64,000 nt of DNA, from assembly GCA_963850905.1 (NCBI GenBank), contig CAWKMU010000003.1, positions 1,248,001-1,312,000 of the forward strand, in the 5' to 3' direction. The first letter of the stretch is position 1. Each line of letters opens with the position of its first letter. The notes under the pieces were generated by a model. The model did not search any database. It was given only the letters and a program-made list of their open reading frames with translations, and had not been told where the DNA came from. The DNA comes from an uncultured Gemmatimonadales bacterium. Lineage in GTDB: Bacteria > Gemmatimonadota > Gemmatimonadetes > Gemmatimonadales > Gemmatimonadaceae. This document shows positions 30,488 through 40,343 of the stretch, piece after piece. The position numbers and the translations under genes are program-made.

Positions 30488-31570
30488 ATGAGTGAATGGC
30501 AGAAGCAATTGCGAGAAGACAGCGTCGCGACCCTCGAGGCGTTGGCGGAGCGGTTCGGGTCGGATGTGATCGACGTCGAGGCGCTCCGCCCGGCGTTCGA
30601 GTCGTTTCAGATGCGCATCACGCCGGCCGCACTTGAGCAGATCCGCGAGGTTGGAGACCCGATGTGGCAGCAGTACGTGCCCACGGTGCGCGAGCTCGAG
30701 GTGGCCGATGGGGTCGTCGACTCGCTCAACGAAGACGCGGATTCCCCCGTTCCCAACATCACGCATCGCTATCCGGACCGCGCGCTCTTCCTCGTCAGCC
30801 CGGTCTGTGCGTCGTATTGTCGATTCTGCACCCGACGCCGCAAAGTCGGCGATCCCGAGAAGATTCCCCTCAACCAGTACGACAGCGCCTTCGCCTATCT
30901 GCGGGCGCACGCCGAGATCCGGGATGTAATTCTGAGCGGCGGCGACCCGATGATGCTCTCGGACCGACGGCTCGAGTATCTGTTCCAGCGGCTGCGCGAG
31001 ATCCCGCACATCGAAATCATTCGTATCGGGAGCCGCATCACATCGCATCTCCCCGAGCGGATCACGCCCGAGTTCTGCGAGATGGTGCAGCGTTACCACC
31101 CCGTCTTCATGAACACGCACTTCAACCATCCGGATGAGCTCACGCCCGCCGCTGTGGCGGCGCTCGACCGGTTGTCCAAGGCGGGAGTGCCGCTCGGATG
31201 CCAGACGGTGCTGCTCAAGGGTGTCAACGACGACCCGGTGATCATGCGGGAGCTCATGCATCGGCTGCTCAAGGCGCGCGTCCGTCCCTACTACATCTAC
31301 ATGTGTGACCCGGTCGCTGGCGGCGAGCACTTCCGTACGACCGTACAAAAGGGGTTGGAGATCATCCGGGCGCTCCGTGGATGGACGTCAGGCCTCGCGG
31401 TACCGCATTTCGTGATCGACGCGCCGGGGGGTGGTGGCAAGGTGCCCTTGCTCCCGGAGTACGTTGAGTCGATGACTGACGACGAGGTGGTGTTCAGGAA
31501 CTACGAGGGGCGTCGGTTCGTGTATAAGCAGCCAGTCGGGGAACTGCAGGCGTTGGGTCCGAGAGGCTGA
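30488..31570 (+). CDS. KamA family radical SAM protein (lysine 2,3-aminomutase-like)
   Basis: THRYPDR, CASYCRFCTRRR, SGGDP, HFNHP, QTVLLKGVND, APGGGGKVP. Confidence 0.92.
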   Translation: MSEWQKQLREDSVATLEALAERFGSDVIDVEALRPAFESFQMRITPAALEQIREVGDPMWQQYVPTVRELEVADGVVDSLNEDADSPVPNITHRYPDRALFLVSPVCASYCRFCTRRRKVGDPEKIPLNQYDSAFAYLRAHAEIRDVILSGGDPMMLSDRRLEYLFQRLREIPHIEIIRIGSRITSHLPERITPEFCEMVQRYHPVFMNTHFNHPDELTPAAVAALDRLSKAGVPLGCQTVLLKGVNDDPVIMRELMHRLLKARVRPYYIYMCDPVAGGEHFRTTVQKGLEIIRALRGWTSGLAVPHFVIDAPGGGGKVPLLPEYVESMTDDEVVFRNYEGRRFVYKQPVGELQALGPRG

Positions 31571-31588
31571 GGGGCCGGACGGGCGCCG

Positions 31589-31630
31589 CGGGCGCTACGC
31601 GCCCGAGAGAGGGGAAAGGAGAAAGGGGAC
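31589..31630. repeat. CGGGCGCTACGCGCCCG hairpin plus purine-rich heptamer-like run
   Basis: Same architecture as 26845-26906. Confidence 0.6.
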
Positions 31631-32004
31631 CTGTGACAGCGACTCCGCCTCGCCCTCGGGCCTCAGGCGAAGCTCAGGTCTCGCCGTAGCGCGCGATGTG
31701 TCCGCGCGCGGCCGTCCGCGCGATCCAACGAAAGACGAGATGGAGCGCTACAGCGCTTCGCGACATGTCCAACGCGGTGGACAATCAATCGCCCGCACGG
31801 CGAGACATCTCGAGCCATGCCGGCGGGCGGTCAGTTTCGACATAGTTGGTGTATAACGTCTTAGCCGACCGCTTGACGCTCGCGCGGTCGGCACCGCGTG
31901 TGCCGTACACCGGAGTAGTGCTCCGGCACGGACTTCGCTCGCGCAGCACTGAGGTCATACGGGCCGGTGTCGGAGGGAATCTGAAGCAGTTCCTGGGAGG
32001 ATCA

Positions 32005-32658
32005 ATGTCCAGCCGTGTCGTGGCCGTTGCAGCACTCATTATTGGATCCGCGATGCTCGCGCAGCCCGCGGCCGCACAATACCGCGTGCACTATGGGTTC
32101 TATTCCGCCCCGCCAATGGAGCCGTCGGTCACGCTCTATGGCGGGTACATGAACTTGGGACAGTACGTCAACGGGCCGCTAGGCACGAGTGTCTCGGGTG
32201 GCGACGCGGGCCTCCTTGGCGGACAGGTCACGCTCCCGCTCTCACCCAACTTCGCGCTCGTCGGCAACGTCGCACACGCCAACTCGAACCTGGTCTTCTT
32301 TGCCCCAACGGGTGGCGGCCCGACGATCGGCAACTCCGAAGTGTGGCTATTCGACGGTGATGTCCAGCTCAGCGCCCCGTTCCGGGGCTACGGCGCACAT
32401 TGGGTCAATCCTTTCCTCCAGATCGGCGCCGGCGCGATGCGCTACGAAACGCAAAACAGCTTCGGTGGGACGAGCTCCACCAACTTCGCGTTCAACGTGG
32501 GTGGCGGCCTCGACTACTATTTGTCCCGCGGCGTTGCGTTCCGGATCCTCGCCAAGGACTACATCGGTCACTGGGACAATCCGTCAGGGTATCCCTATTA
32601 CAATGGGCGGTACACGGACAACTGGTCGATCAGTGGGGGGCTGTTGTTCGCGCTGTGA
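32005..32658 (+). CDS. Outer-membrane beta-barrel protein
   Basis: GGGAGG SD, signal peptide ending AAA-Q, alternating strands NPFLQIGAG, FAFNVGGGLDY. Confidence 0.8.
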   Translation: MSSRVVAVAALIIGSAMLAQPAAAQYRVHYGFYSAPPMEPSVTLYGGYMNLGQYVNGPLGTSVSGGDAGLLGGQVTLPLSPNFALVGNVAHANSNLVFFAPTGGGPTIGNSEVWLFDGDVQLSAPFRGYGAHWVNPFLQIGAGAMRYETQNSFGGTSSTNFAFNVGGGLDYYLSRGVAFRILAKDYIGHWDNPSGYPYYNGRYTDNWSISGGLLFAL

Positions 32659-34102
32659 CTCTTGCACGCCACCGGACGCGCCAGAACAACCATCCCCCCA
32701 CCGCCACAAACGCTAAAGCGCCGCCCACGACTTTGAGCTCGAACATGGCGGTGGCGCCCGGCTCCGGTGGAATGCACGCGATCCCCATCGCGAACAGCGT
32801 CACGAACAGACCTGCCAGCGCGAAGGCGGCTTTGCCGACGGCACCGCCGGGCACGACCGTCGGCATCCCTGCGATGCGAACGGGCTCAATGAGCAGGCAG
32901 AGAAACAGATAAATGAATGGGAGGAAGTACAGGAGCGTCTGGGTGTCTTGCAGGATCAGGTAGACGCGCTCCACCGTCGTGCCACGCCCTATGACGTACA
33001 CGAGCAGCAGGCAGCTCGCGATCACCCCTTGCACCAGCACGGCGACGTAGGGCGTCCCCCAGCGAGGGTGAATGCGGCCGAACGCGGGCGGAAAGTATCG
33101 GTCCAACCCGATCACCAGTGCGATGCGAGCTGGACCGCCCAGCCAGGCGCCGACGCACCCAACGGTTCCCAGTACGTACGCCGCTGCCGCGACCGGCGCG
33201 GCCCACGCTAACACGGGTCCGACATGGCCGGCGCCGGTCTGAATCGCCTGCAGAAACCCGGACACGATGTTGATGGACGGCACCGGCATGAGCCACAGCA
33301 GTGCCACTGTGCCAACGATGTAGAGGCTCGCGACCAGCGGTGCTGAGACATAGACCGCCCGGGGAAGCGTGCGGGTGGGGTCCTTGATCTCTCCGCCAAG
33401 TGAGGCGCCCAGCTCCATCCCCGCGAAGGCGAAGGCAATGGTCGCCCAGAGATTCACGGTCGGAAGCGATGTGAAGTGGGGCACGAATGCGCGGGCGGTG
33501 AACGCGTTTGCCGGGGACCGCGAGAATGCGACCGCGATTCCGACCGCGACGAGAATTGCACCGGTGAGGTAGAAGCCGGAGCCGCCCAGATTCTGGAGCC
33601 ACTTGCCGGTGCTGACGCCAACCACGTTGAACGCGACCGCGATCCAGAGGGCGATCAATGTTGTGGGCAGCACGTAATACCAGCTGTCGCCCAGTCCGCT
33701 GTTGCCAAGCCCGACGCCGTAGGTCGCAACCACGGCGGCCGTCATCAGGAGCTGGGGATAGTAGAGAACGTTCACGATCCAGTAACACCAGCCGCAGAGA
33801 AATGCGTGGCCGTCGCCGAAGCGCTGCTTCGTCCACGCATAGATGCCGCCCTCGCTCGGGTATCGTGCGGACAGCTGCGCGACCGCCAGGCCCTGGGGCA
33901 CGAAGAAGAGCAGGGCTGCGAGGATCCACAGCGTGATCGCGCTCGGTCCGGATTTCGCCGCCGTGTTGAGCCACCGGAGCGAGAGGATGGCGACGAGATT
34001 GAACAGCACGAGGTCGCGCAAACCGAGCTCGCGACGCAGACCCCGGGTCCCTTCGGCCGCCGGAGCAGCCTCGTCGAGCGGCGTGGTGACCGTCTCGGTC
34101 AT
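32630..34102 (-). CDS. APC family amino acid/polyamine permease
   Basis: LRRELGLRDL, YPSEGGIYAW, FAFAGME, IHPRWGTP; many TM segments. Confidence 0.92.
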   Translation of the reverse strand: MTETVTTPLDEAAPAAEGTRGLRRELGLRDLVLFNLVAILSLRWLNTAAKSGPSAITLWILAALLFFVPQGLAVAQLSARYPSEGGIYAWTKQRFGDGHAFLCGWCYWIVNVLYYPQLLMTAAVVATYGVGLGNSGLGDSWYYVLPTTLIALWIAVAFNVVGVSTGKWLQNLGGSGFYLTGAILVAVGIAVAFSRSPANAFTARAFVPHFTSLPTVNLWATIAFAFAGMELGASLGGEIKDPTRTLPRAVYVSAPLVASLYIVGTVALLWLMPVPSINIVSGFLQAIQTGAGHVGPVLAWAAPVAAAAYVLGTVGCVGAWLGGPARIALVIGLDRYFPPAFGRIHPRWGTPYVAVLVQGVIASCLLLVYVIGRGTTVERVYLILQDTQTLLYFLPFIYLFLCLLIEPVRIAGMPTVVPGGAVGKAAFALAGLFVTLFAMGIACIPPEPGATAMFELKVVGGALAFVAVGGWLFWRVRWRARVTARTTAPH

Positions 34103-34112
34103 ATGCGCACCG

Positions 34113-34862
34113 TCAGCGATCCGCCTTCAGAAACAGTCGCTCCGGGTCGAGCCGGTGGCGGAGCAGCTGTAGGTCAGCGGCGGTCGGGGGCTCGACGCTG
34201 GCGAGCGGTTCGCGGCACCGGAGCGACCAGCCCACATGGCGAGCGACCTGGTCGGCCGTCACCGCCGGGTAAAGCGCCGTGAGGACCAGCTCTCCCGTTT
34301 CGGGGTCGGGCTCGAGGACTCCGCTGTCCGTGATGACCTTGACCGGACCGGCGCCTGGGAGCGCAGGGCCATGCCGACGCACGCCGCGATAGACGTGACC
34401 CGGCGACGTGACGAAATCCACGGCCTCGGGGAAGGCGCGCCGATTGAGCTTGGCGATCACGAGGGTCCGGCGGGCGTGGGTGGCGATCTCGGCCGCCCCC
34501 CCACTTCCGGGCAGCCGGATCTTCGGTCGCTCGTATGGTCCGATGACGGTCGTGTTGATGTTGCCCCAGCGGTCGATCTGGGCCGCACCGAGAAAGCCGA
34601 CCTCGATGCGACCGTTCTGCAGCATCGCTTGAAACACGTCCGCCATCCCGCACACCATGAGCGCGCCGGCGACGAGCGATGGATCGCCAATCGACACGGG
34701 AAGTCGTTCGGGCACGGCCCCGACCGCCCCAGACTCGTAGATGAGGACCAATCGAGGGGCGTGCGTCGCCCGAGCGAGGTTGCACGCCAGGTTGGGAAGA
34801 CCGATTCCGACGAAGACGACCTCTCCGTCGCGCAGCTCGCGAGCCGCAACGACGGTCATCAT
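34113..34862 (-). CDS. CoA-transferase subunit B (glutaconate/3-oxoadipate type)
   Basis: FVGIGLP, IYESG, GAAQIDRWGNIN, LPGSGGA, VDFVTSPG; frame extends to an ACG at 34892. Confidence 0.9.
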   Translation of the reverse strand: MMTVVAARELRDGEVVFVGIGLPNLACNLARATHAPRLVLIYESGAVGAVPERLPVSIGDPSLVAGALMVCGMADVFQAMLQNGRIEVGFLGAAQIDRWGNINTTVIGPYERPKIRLPGSGGAAEIATHARRTLVIAKLNRRAFPEAVDFVTSPGHVYRGVRRHGPALPGAGPVKVITDSGVLEPDPETGELVLTALYPAVTADQVARHVGWSLRCREPLASVEPPTAADLQLLRHRLDPERLFLKADR

Positions 34863-34881
34863 CTCGTCGGGCGAATAGGCG

Positions 34882-35776
34882 TCAGTAGCCGTAGTTGACT
34901 CCGGCGCAGACGCGCTCGCTGGCGCGCAGGCGAGCGTCGATCCCTGGATACTGCGCTAGATATGCCTGCCGATCGGCGACACCAAAGACATGGGTATCGA
35001 GATACGACGCGAGTCGCGCGGGGTCGCGCGAGATCGCCTCCCACGCCACGTAGAACTCGTTATCGCGATCGTAGTAGCCCTGCGCGTAGGATGGGTGAGC
35101 GCCCCACGGTTCGACGACGACGGCATCGACGACGAATCCGGGGACAACGGTTCGATTCGGGATCCGCGCGGATGACGTGCTCGTCGACCAGTTCCTCGAC
35201 GACGACGATCACGCGGCGCGAGGCGAAGGCCGCTTCCCGTTGGACGCCGAGGAGGCCCCAGATCTGCGTGTTGCCCTCCGCGTCGGCCCGTTGCGCGTGG
35301 ATGATCGTGACGTCGGGATTGAGGGCGGGTACCGCGGCGAGGCGCTCGCCCGTGTAAGGACAGGTGACGCTGGCGATGCGGGGGTTGGCTCCGGGCAGGT
35401 CCGTGCTCGCGTAGTCGCGGAGTGGCCAGAAGGGCAGCCGGGCGGCGCCGGCCGACAGGCGCGCGACCATGCCGAAGTGCGAGTACTCCTCGATCTCGAG
35501 GGCGGTGCGTCCGCCGGCCGCCTGCTCGACTGCGCGCCGGAATGCGTGGAGCGATCCGGCGCCGGGGTTGCCCGCCCAAGAGAACACGAGCTTCCGCGCA
35601 CATCCCGCCGCGATCATCTGGTCGTAGACGAGGTCCGGCGTCAGCCGGCAGAGCGTGAGGTCGCGTCGATGTTGGCGGATGATCTCGTGTCCCGCCGCGA
35701 AGCAGATGAGATGCGTGAATCCCTCGATGACGACCGTGTCGCCGTCGCGCACGTGTGCGGCGACGGCCTCGCGCAT
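34882..35776 (-). CDS. CoA-transferase subunit A, +1 frameshift near 35160
   Basis: EGFTHLICFAAGHEI, FSWAGNPG, HAQRAD; removing one base restores DPNRTVVPG..PWGAHPSYAQGYYDRD..GVNYGY-stop. Confidence 0.85.
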
Positions 35777-35845
35777 GGAGGTGACCTTTCCTGCCCGGCG
35801 CGGCCCGATCCCCCGGATGAGCCGCGTGTGCCGCCGGCTCCGGGC

Positions 35846-37246
35846 TCACGTCACCGCGGCGAGACACTCATCGAGGATCGCGAGTCCGGTATCGATGTCG
35901 TCCGCGTCGACCACGAGCGGTGGGGCGAGGCGCAGCGTGCTACGGCCAGCGCCGAGCAGCAGCAGTCCTTTCGTGAAAGCCAGCTGCACCAGGTCGTGCA
36001 CAAGCGCCGACGCGGGCTCGCGCGTCGCGCGGTCCGCGACGAACTCGATGCCGACCATGAGACCGAGACCGCGGACGTCTCCGATCGCCGTATAGCGCTT
36101 GGCCAGGCTGCGGGCGCCCAGGAGCAACCGCTCACCCATCGCTGCCGCGTTGGCCATGTATTCTCGCTCGACGAGGTCGAGCGTTGTGAGCGCAGCGGCA
36201 CAGCATACGGGGTTGCCGCCAAACGTCGAGCCATGCGCGCCGGTCTCCCATTGCATGATCGACTCGCGCGCGATGATCGCACCCAGCGGCATACCCGATG
36301 CGAGTCCCTTCGCGGCGACGAGAATGTCCGGCTCGATCCCCGCGTGCTCGCACGCGAACATCTTGCCGGTTCGGCCGATGCCGCACTGAATCTCATCGGC
36401 CACGAGTAAAATGCCGTACTTGTCGCACAACGCGCGCAGCGCGCGCAGGTAGTCAGGGGGTGGGATGACGTAGCCGCCCTCACCCTGGATCGGCTCAACG
36501 AAGATCGCCGCGACATCGTGCGGGTCCAATTGCCGGGCGAAGAGGTCGCGCTCGATCTCGCCGACGCAAAACAGTCCGCATGCCGGGTAGTGCTTGTCGA
36601 ACTCGCAACGGTAGCAGTAGCCGAACGGTACGTGATACACCTCGGGCAGCAGCGGGCCGAAGCCCGCGTGCTGTCGCGCCTTGCTCGAGGTCAACGTCAT
36701 CGCGCCGTACGTTCGACCGTGGAAAGCGCCCTTGAACGCCACGAGCGCAGGCCGACGTGTCGAATTTCGCGCGAGCTTGATCGCGCCTTCGATCGCTTCG
36801 GTGCCGGAATTGGTGAGGAACACCCGCTTCTTGCTCGGTCCGGGTGCCAGGCGCGCCAGCCGCTCGCAGATGCCCGCCATGCCGTCGTAGTAGAAGTCGG
36901 ATCCGCAGATGTGCAGGAACCGGCCGGCCGCCTCAGAGATCGCTGCGACGACGGCGGGATGGCTATGTCCTGTCGCCGCGACGGCGATGCCGGCCATGAA
37001 ATCCAGGAAGCGGTTGCCGTCGACATCCTCGATCATGGCCCCCCGCCCGTGTGAAACCACAAGCGGGTATTCCTTGATGTACGAGGTCGACGTCCACTCG
37101 GCGTCGCGCTCGACGATGGCCCGCGCACGCGGACCAGGCGGCGTCACGAGCATGCGCGGATAGCTGCGCACCTCGGTGGCGGCGGCCGGCGCTGCCGCGC
37201 TCCCGGCCGGGAGGGTGATCGACTGAGGTGGCATGGATGGTGTCAT
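35846..37246 (-). CDS. Class III PLP aminotransferase (GabT/ArgD-like)
   Basis: NSGTEAIE, FHGRT, EPIQGEGG, DEIQCGIGRTG, AKGLASG, STFGGNP. Confidence 0.93.
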   Translation of the reverse strand: MTPSMPPQSITLPAGSAAAPAAATEVRSYPRMLVTPPGPRARAIVERDAEWTSTSYIKEYPLVVSHGRGAMIEDVDGNRFLDFMAGIAVAATGHSHPAVVAAISEAAGRFLHICGSDFYYDGMAGICERLARLAPGPSKKRVFLTNSGTEAIEGAIKLARNSTRRPALVAFKGAFHGRTYGAMTLTSSKARQHAGFGPLLPEVYHVPFGYCYRCEFDKHYPACGLFCVGEIERDLFARQLDPHDVAAIFVEPIQGEGGYVIPPPDYLRALRALCDKYGILLVADEIQCGIGRTGKMFACEHAGIEPDILVAAKGLASGMPLGAIIARESIMQWETGAHGSTFGGNPVCCAAALTTLDLVEREYMANAAAMGERLLLGARSLAKRYTAIGDVRGLGLMVGIEFVADRATREPASALVHDLVQLAFTKGLLLLGAGRSTLRLAPPLVVDADDIDTGLAILDECLAAVT

Positions 37247-37307
37247 GTAGCGGAAGCAGTCACGCGAGTGGTCTCTCGATCGGGTCAGAGCGGCCGGGGA
37301 CGCCGAG

Positions 37308-38441
37308 TTACTCGCGCTCGCGGCCGAGCGCTTTCAGAACCTCGCGGTCAAAGGCAACCGAGAGACTTTCGCGGGGGGAGTACGGCCCCGGCCGATACGC
37401 CGGCGACAGCACACCGCGCTGGCTCTCCTCGCAGATGTGCCAATCCTGGCGGTTGGTCATGTCCCAGAAGTCGACTCCGTCGGCTGGATCGAATCGCGGA
37501 TCTCGCAGTGTGTCCGCGTGGAACATCCAGCCGCACGTGATCATCGTGCGCTGCGCACCGGCCGGCCACAACGTATGGAACATGACGTAGTCGGGGTGCA
37601 GGCTCAGGAGCATGTTGGGGAAGATCGAGTAGTAGTAAACGCGATGATGGTCGTCGGGATCGAGCGCTGTCGAGACGGGCACGCCGCACGACCTGCCACT
37701 CATGGTCATGGAGCCCGCGTTCTCGTTGATCGTCATGAACCCGCCGAGGAACGGTCCCTCGAAAAGATCATTCTCGCCGCTGGTGGCGGGCGACAGCTTG
37801 ACGAGCGCGGGGTGTACCGGCGAGCAGTGATAGCACTCCGAGTAGTTCTGAAAGAGGAGCTTCCAGTTCGCTTGCACATCGTACTCGATGCGTCGAGCGG
37901 TCACGAGGGCCGGGAGGTCGAAGCGTCGGAACTTCTCCATCAGGGGTGCAAACGTCTCGTCGAAAGGCTCCGGGTCTGCGGCGAGGTTCACGAACACAAA
38001 CCCTTCCCACGCCCCGACGTGGACGGCATGCAGCGGATAGTCGGCCTTGTCGAAGCCTTCGAGATCGGCCGTCGAGGGCGCGCCGAGTAGTTGGCCGTCG
38101 AGCGCGTACGTCCATGAGTGGTAGGGGCACACGATCCGGTCGCCGACATTTCCGGATGCGGTCTCGCACAGGCGCGTGCCGCGGTGCCGGCAGGTATTGT
38201 GAAATGCCCGGACGCGCCCGGCTTTGTCGCGGAGGATGAGCACCCCCGCATCGCCTATCTGCCGGATGACGTAGTCGCCGGGATTCGGGAGCTCGTCCGC
38301 CCGGCCGACACACAGCCACCGGCGGAAGAAGATCTTCTGGATCTCGGCGGCGTAAATCTCGGGCGACGCGTAGAACTCACGGGGCAGGGTCCGCGCGCCA
38401 CCGATCGGAATCCGCGTCGAGTGAATGAACGTGCCCGTCAT
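37308..38441 (-). CDS. Rieske non-heme oxygenase alpha subunit (GbcA/choline-monooxygenase-like)
   Basis: CRHRG..CPYHSW Rieske motif; NWKLLFQNYSECYHCSPVHP; QDWHICE. Confidence 0.9.
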   Translation of the reverse strand: MTGTFIHSTRIPIGGARTLPREFYASPEIYAAEIQKIFFRRWLCVGRADELPNPGDYVIRQIGDAGVLILRDKAGRVRAFHNTCRHRGTRLCETASGNVGDRIVCPYHSWTYALDGQLLGAPSTADLEGFDKADYPLHAVHVGAWEGFVFVNLAADPEPFDETFAPLMEKFRRFDLPALVTARRIEYDVQANWKLLFQNYSECYHCSPVHPALVKLSPATSGENDLFEGPFLGGFMTINENAGSMTMSGRSCGVPVSTALDPDDHHRVYYYSIFPNMLLSLHPDYVMFHTLWPAGAQRTMITCGWMFHADTLRDPRFDPADGVDFWDMTNRQDWHICEESQRGVLSPAYRPGPYSPRESLSVAFDREVLKALGRERE

Positions 38442-38532
38442 ACGCCAGAAAGGTGGGTACCGGGTTGGCTTGGAGCCAGGGGCCGAAGGCGGGATCAGGG
38501 ATCAGAGGCCAACGACGACGACCTGCAACAAC

Positions 38533-38668
38533 CGGGCGGGCTGAAGCCCGCCCCTACATGTCGCCGCGAGGCCAAGATCTGGATTCGTCGACGACGATCG
38601 CAGGAGCGGGTAGCGCCCCAAATCTCCCTGTCAACACCGACATGTAGGGGCGGCCTTCAGGCCGCCCG
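38533..38668. repeat. Inverted pair of GTAG-type REPs (REPIN-like)
   Basis: cgggcgggctgaagcccgcccctac (38533-38557) and gtaggggcggccttcaggccgcccg (38644-38668). Confidence 0.85.
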
Positions 38669-38689
38669 CTGTGGTCGGTCGTGTTTCCG

Positions 38690-40342
38690 TTAGTCGTCCA
38701 GCATCTCCAACCTCGGTCGGCCATACTCGCGTTTGTCCGCGACCCGATCCAAGGCGCGTCGCGCACGGGGAGGCAGGGCAGGCAAAGCAGGGTCGTACTT
38801 GATCGTGTCGGTGGAGCCCTGCCCGGGCAGCGGAAGCTTCACACCGGGGTTGAGCAGTCCGTCGGGATCGAAGGCGGCCTTGACTGCGGTAAACAGTCGG
38901 AGTGCCGGACTGTCCGCCCCACCCCACATCGTTTCGAGCAGTGGTGCGCGCAGTCGACCGTCGCCGTGCTCCCCGGTGAGCGTCCCACCGAGCCCGCGGG
39001 TGAGCGCGGTTACCTCGGACAGCAGCTCGTTCACCTGATCACGCCAATCGGCCCGGCGTACGTCGATGAGCGGGTTCACGTGGACATGGGCGTCGCCGGC
39101 GTGTCCGAAGATCGCGCCGCGCACGCCCAGTCGATCGAGAGCTGCCCGCACTCCACGCACGTAGTCCGGCAGGCGGTCAGGTGGGACTGCCCCGTCCTCG
39201 ATGAACTGCATCGACTTGAGCGCGGGATCCAGCCGTGCGAGCGCGGGACTCGCGGCGTGGCGCAGCTCCCAAAGGGCAGCCTCGGCAGATTCGTCGAGCG
39301 CGAGTGCGACGTGCATGGCTCCCGCGTCGCGCAGTGCACGGTCGAGGTCGCGCGTCGCGTCCGCGAGGGTCGCGGCGTGTTCGCCCTCGAGCTCGATCAA
39401 CAGGACCACATCGGCGTCTGGCGCGACCATGGATGCGAACGCCCCCGCATGGGCTGGGTCGCGCACGAGATCCAAAAAGGTGCGATCGAGCATCTCGCAT
39501 GCGCTCGCGCCAGCTTCCCGTGCGACCGCAGCGCCAGCCACCGCCTCCTCGAGCGAGGGAAACGCGGCAAGGACACTGGTGGTGGTCGACGGACAGGGCG
39601 ATAGTGCCAGCTCGAGGCCGACGAACACGGCAAGTGTCCCTTCACTCCCCACGAGCAGATCGATCAGCTCCCCACTCAGCGCATACTGTGCGACCGCGTA
39701 GCCCGAGGAGTCCTTGCGGACGTGTCCGTGACGGAGCGCCGCGGGATCCGCCGCGCGGATGGCCGGGGCGACGTCGGCGACGAAGCGCTGAATCGGTGGT
39801 ATGTGCGCAGGGACCGGCCTACCGCGGCGCACCACCGCGCGCGTCCCGTCGCTGAACACACAATCGAGGGCCATGACCCAGGGACGCATCGAGCCGTACT
39901 TCAATGAGTGCGCGCCAGCCGCGTTGGTCGATGCCATCCCTCCGACCGTGCAAAATGCGCCGCTCGATGGGTCGACCGGGAAGCGCAGTCCGACGGCGTG
40001 CGCCGTGGCATCGACCTCATCACGACGGACGCCAGGACCGACCGAGATCCGCTGCCTGCCGACATCGACCGAGTCTACCTGCCGAAGCCGGCTCAGATCG
40101 AGGATCACTCCTGCGCCGACTGCACCGCCCGGCATGCTCGACCCCGATCCGCGCGAGATGAGCGACACGCCTTCCGTCCGCGCCCACGGGACGAGGACCT
40201 GGACATCGGATGTCGTTGCCGGGACGGCCACCGCGAGCGGCCACTGTTGCTGAATGCCGGCCGCTTCCGCGTACACCGCGCGGGACTCGGGGTCATCGCG
40301 AAAGATGCCGCCGAATGCCGGGGGCGGAGTCAGCACGCGCAC
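38690..40342 (-). CDS. FAD-binding oxidoreductase (GlcD/D-lactate dehydrogenase family)
   Basis: RGSGSS, PVDPSSG, TVGGM, GSEGTL, GHAGDAHVH, GEHGDG, FDPDGLLNPG. Confidence 0.9.
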   Translation of the reverse strand: MRVLTPPPAFGGIFRDDPESRAVYAEAAGIQQQWPLAVAVPATTSDVQVLVPWARTEGVSLISRGSGSSMPGGAVGAGVILDLSRLRQVDSVDVGRQRISVGPGVRRDEVDATAHAVGLRFPVDPSSGAFCTVGGMASTNAAGAHSLKYGSMRPWVMALDCVFSDGTRAVVRRGRPVPAHIPPIQRFVADVAPAIRAADPAALRHGHVRKDSSGYAVAQYALSGELIDLLVGSEGTLAVFVGLELALSPCPSTTTSVLAAFPSLEEAVAGAAVAREAGASACEMLDRTFLDLVRDPAHAGAFASMVAPDADVVLLIELEGEHAATLADATRDLDRALRDAGAMHVALALDESAEAALWELRHAASPALARLDPALKSMQFIEDGAVPPDRLPDYVRGVRAALDRLGVRGAIFGHAGDAHVHVNPLIDVRRADWRDQVNELLSEVTALTRGLGGTLTGEHGDGRLRAPLLETMWGGADSPALRLFTAVKAAFDPDGLLNPGVKLPLPGQGSTDTIKYDPALPALPPRARRALDRVADKREYGRPRLEMLDD

Positions 40343-40343
40343 A

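Noticed and set aside
30488..31570. Calling the radical SAM gene epmB or ablA
   Set aside because: No efp, epmA or ablB nearby; the substrate cannot be fixed from sequence alone.
31640..31990. Structured ncRNA between kamA and the beta-barrel gene
   Set aside because: Only short GC hairpins; no family recognised.
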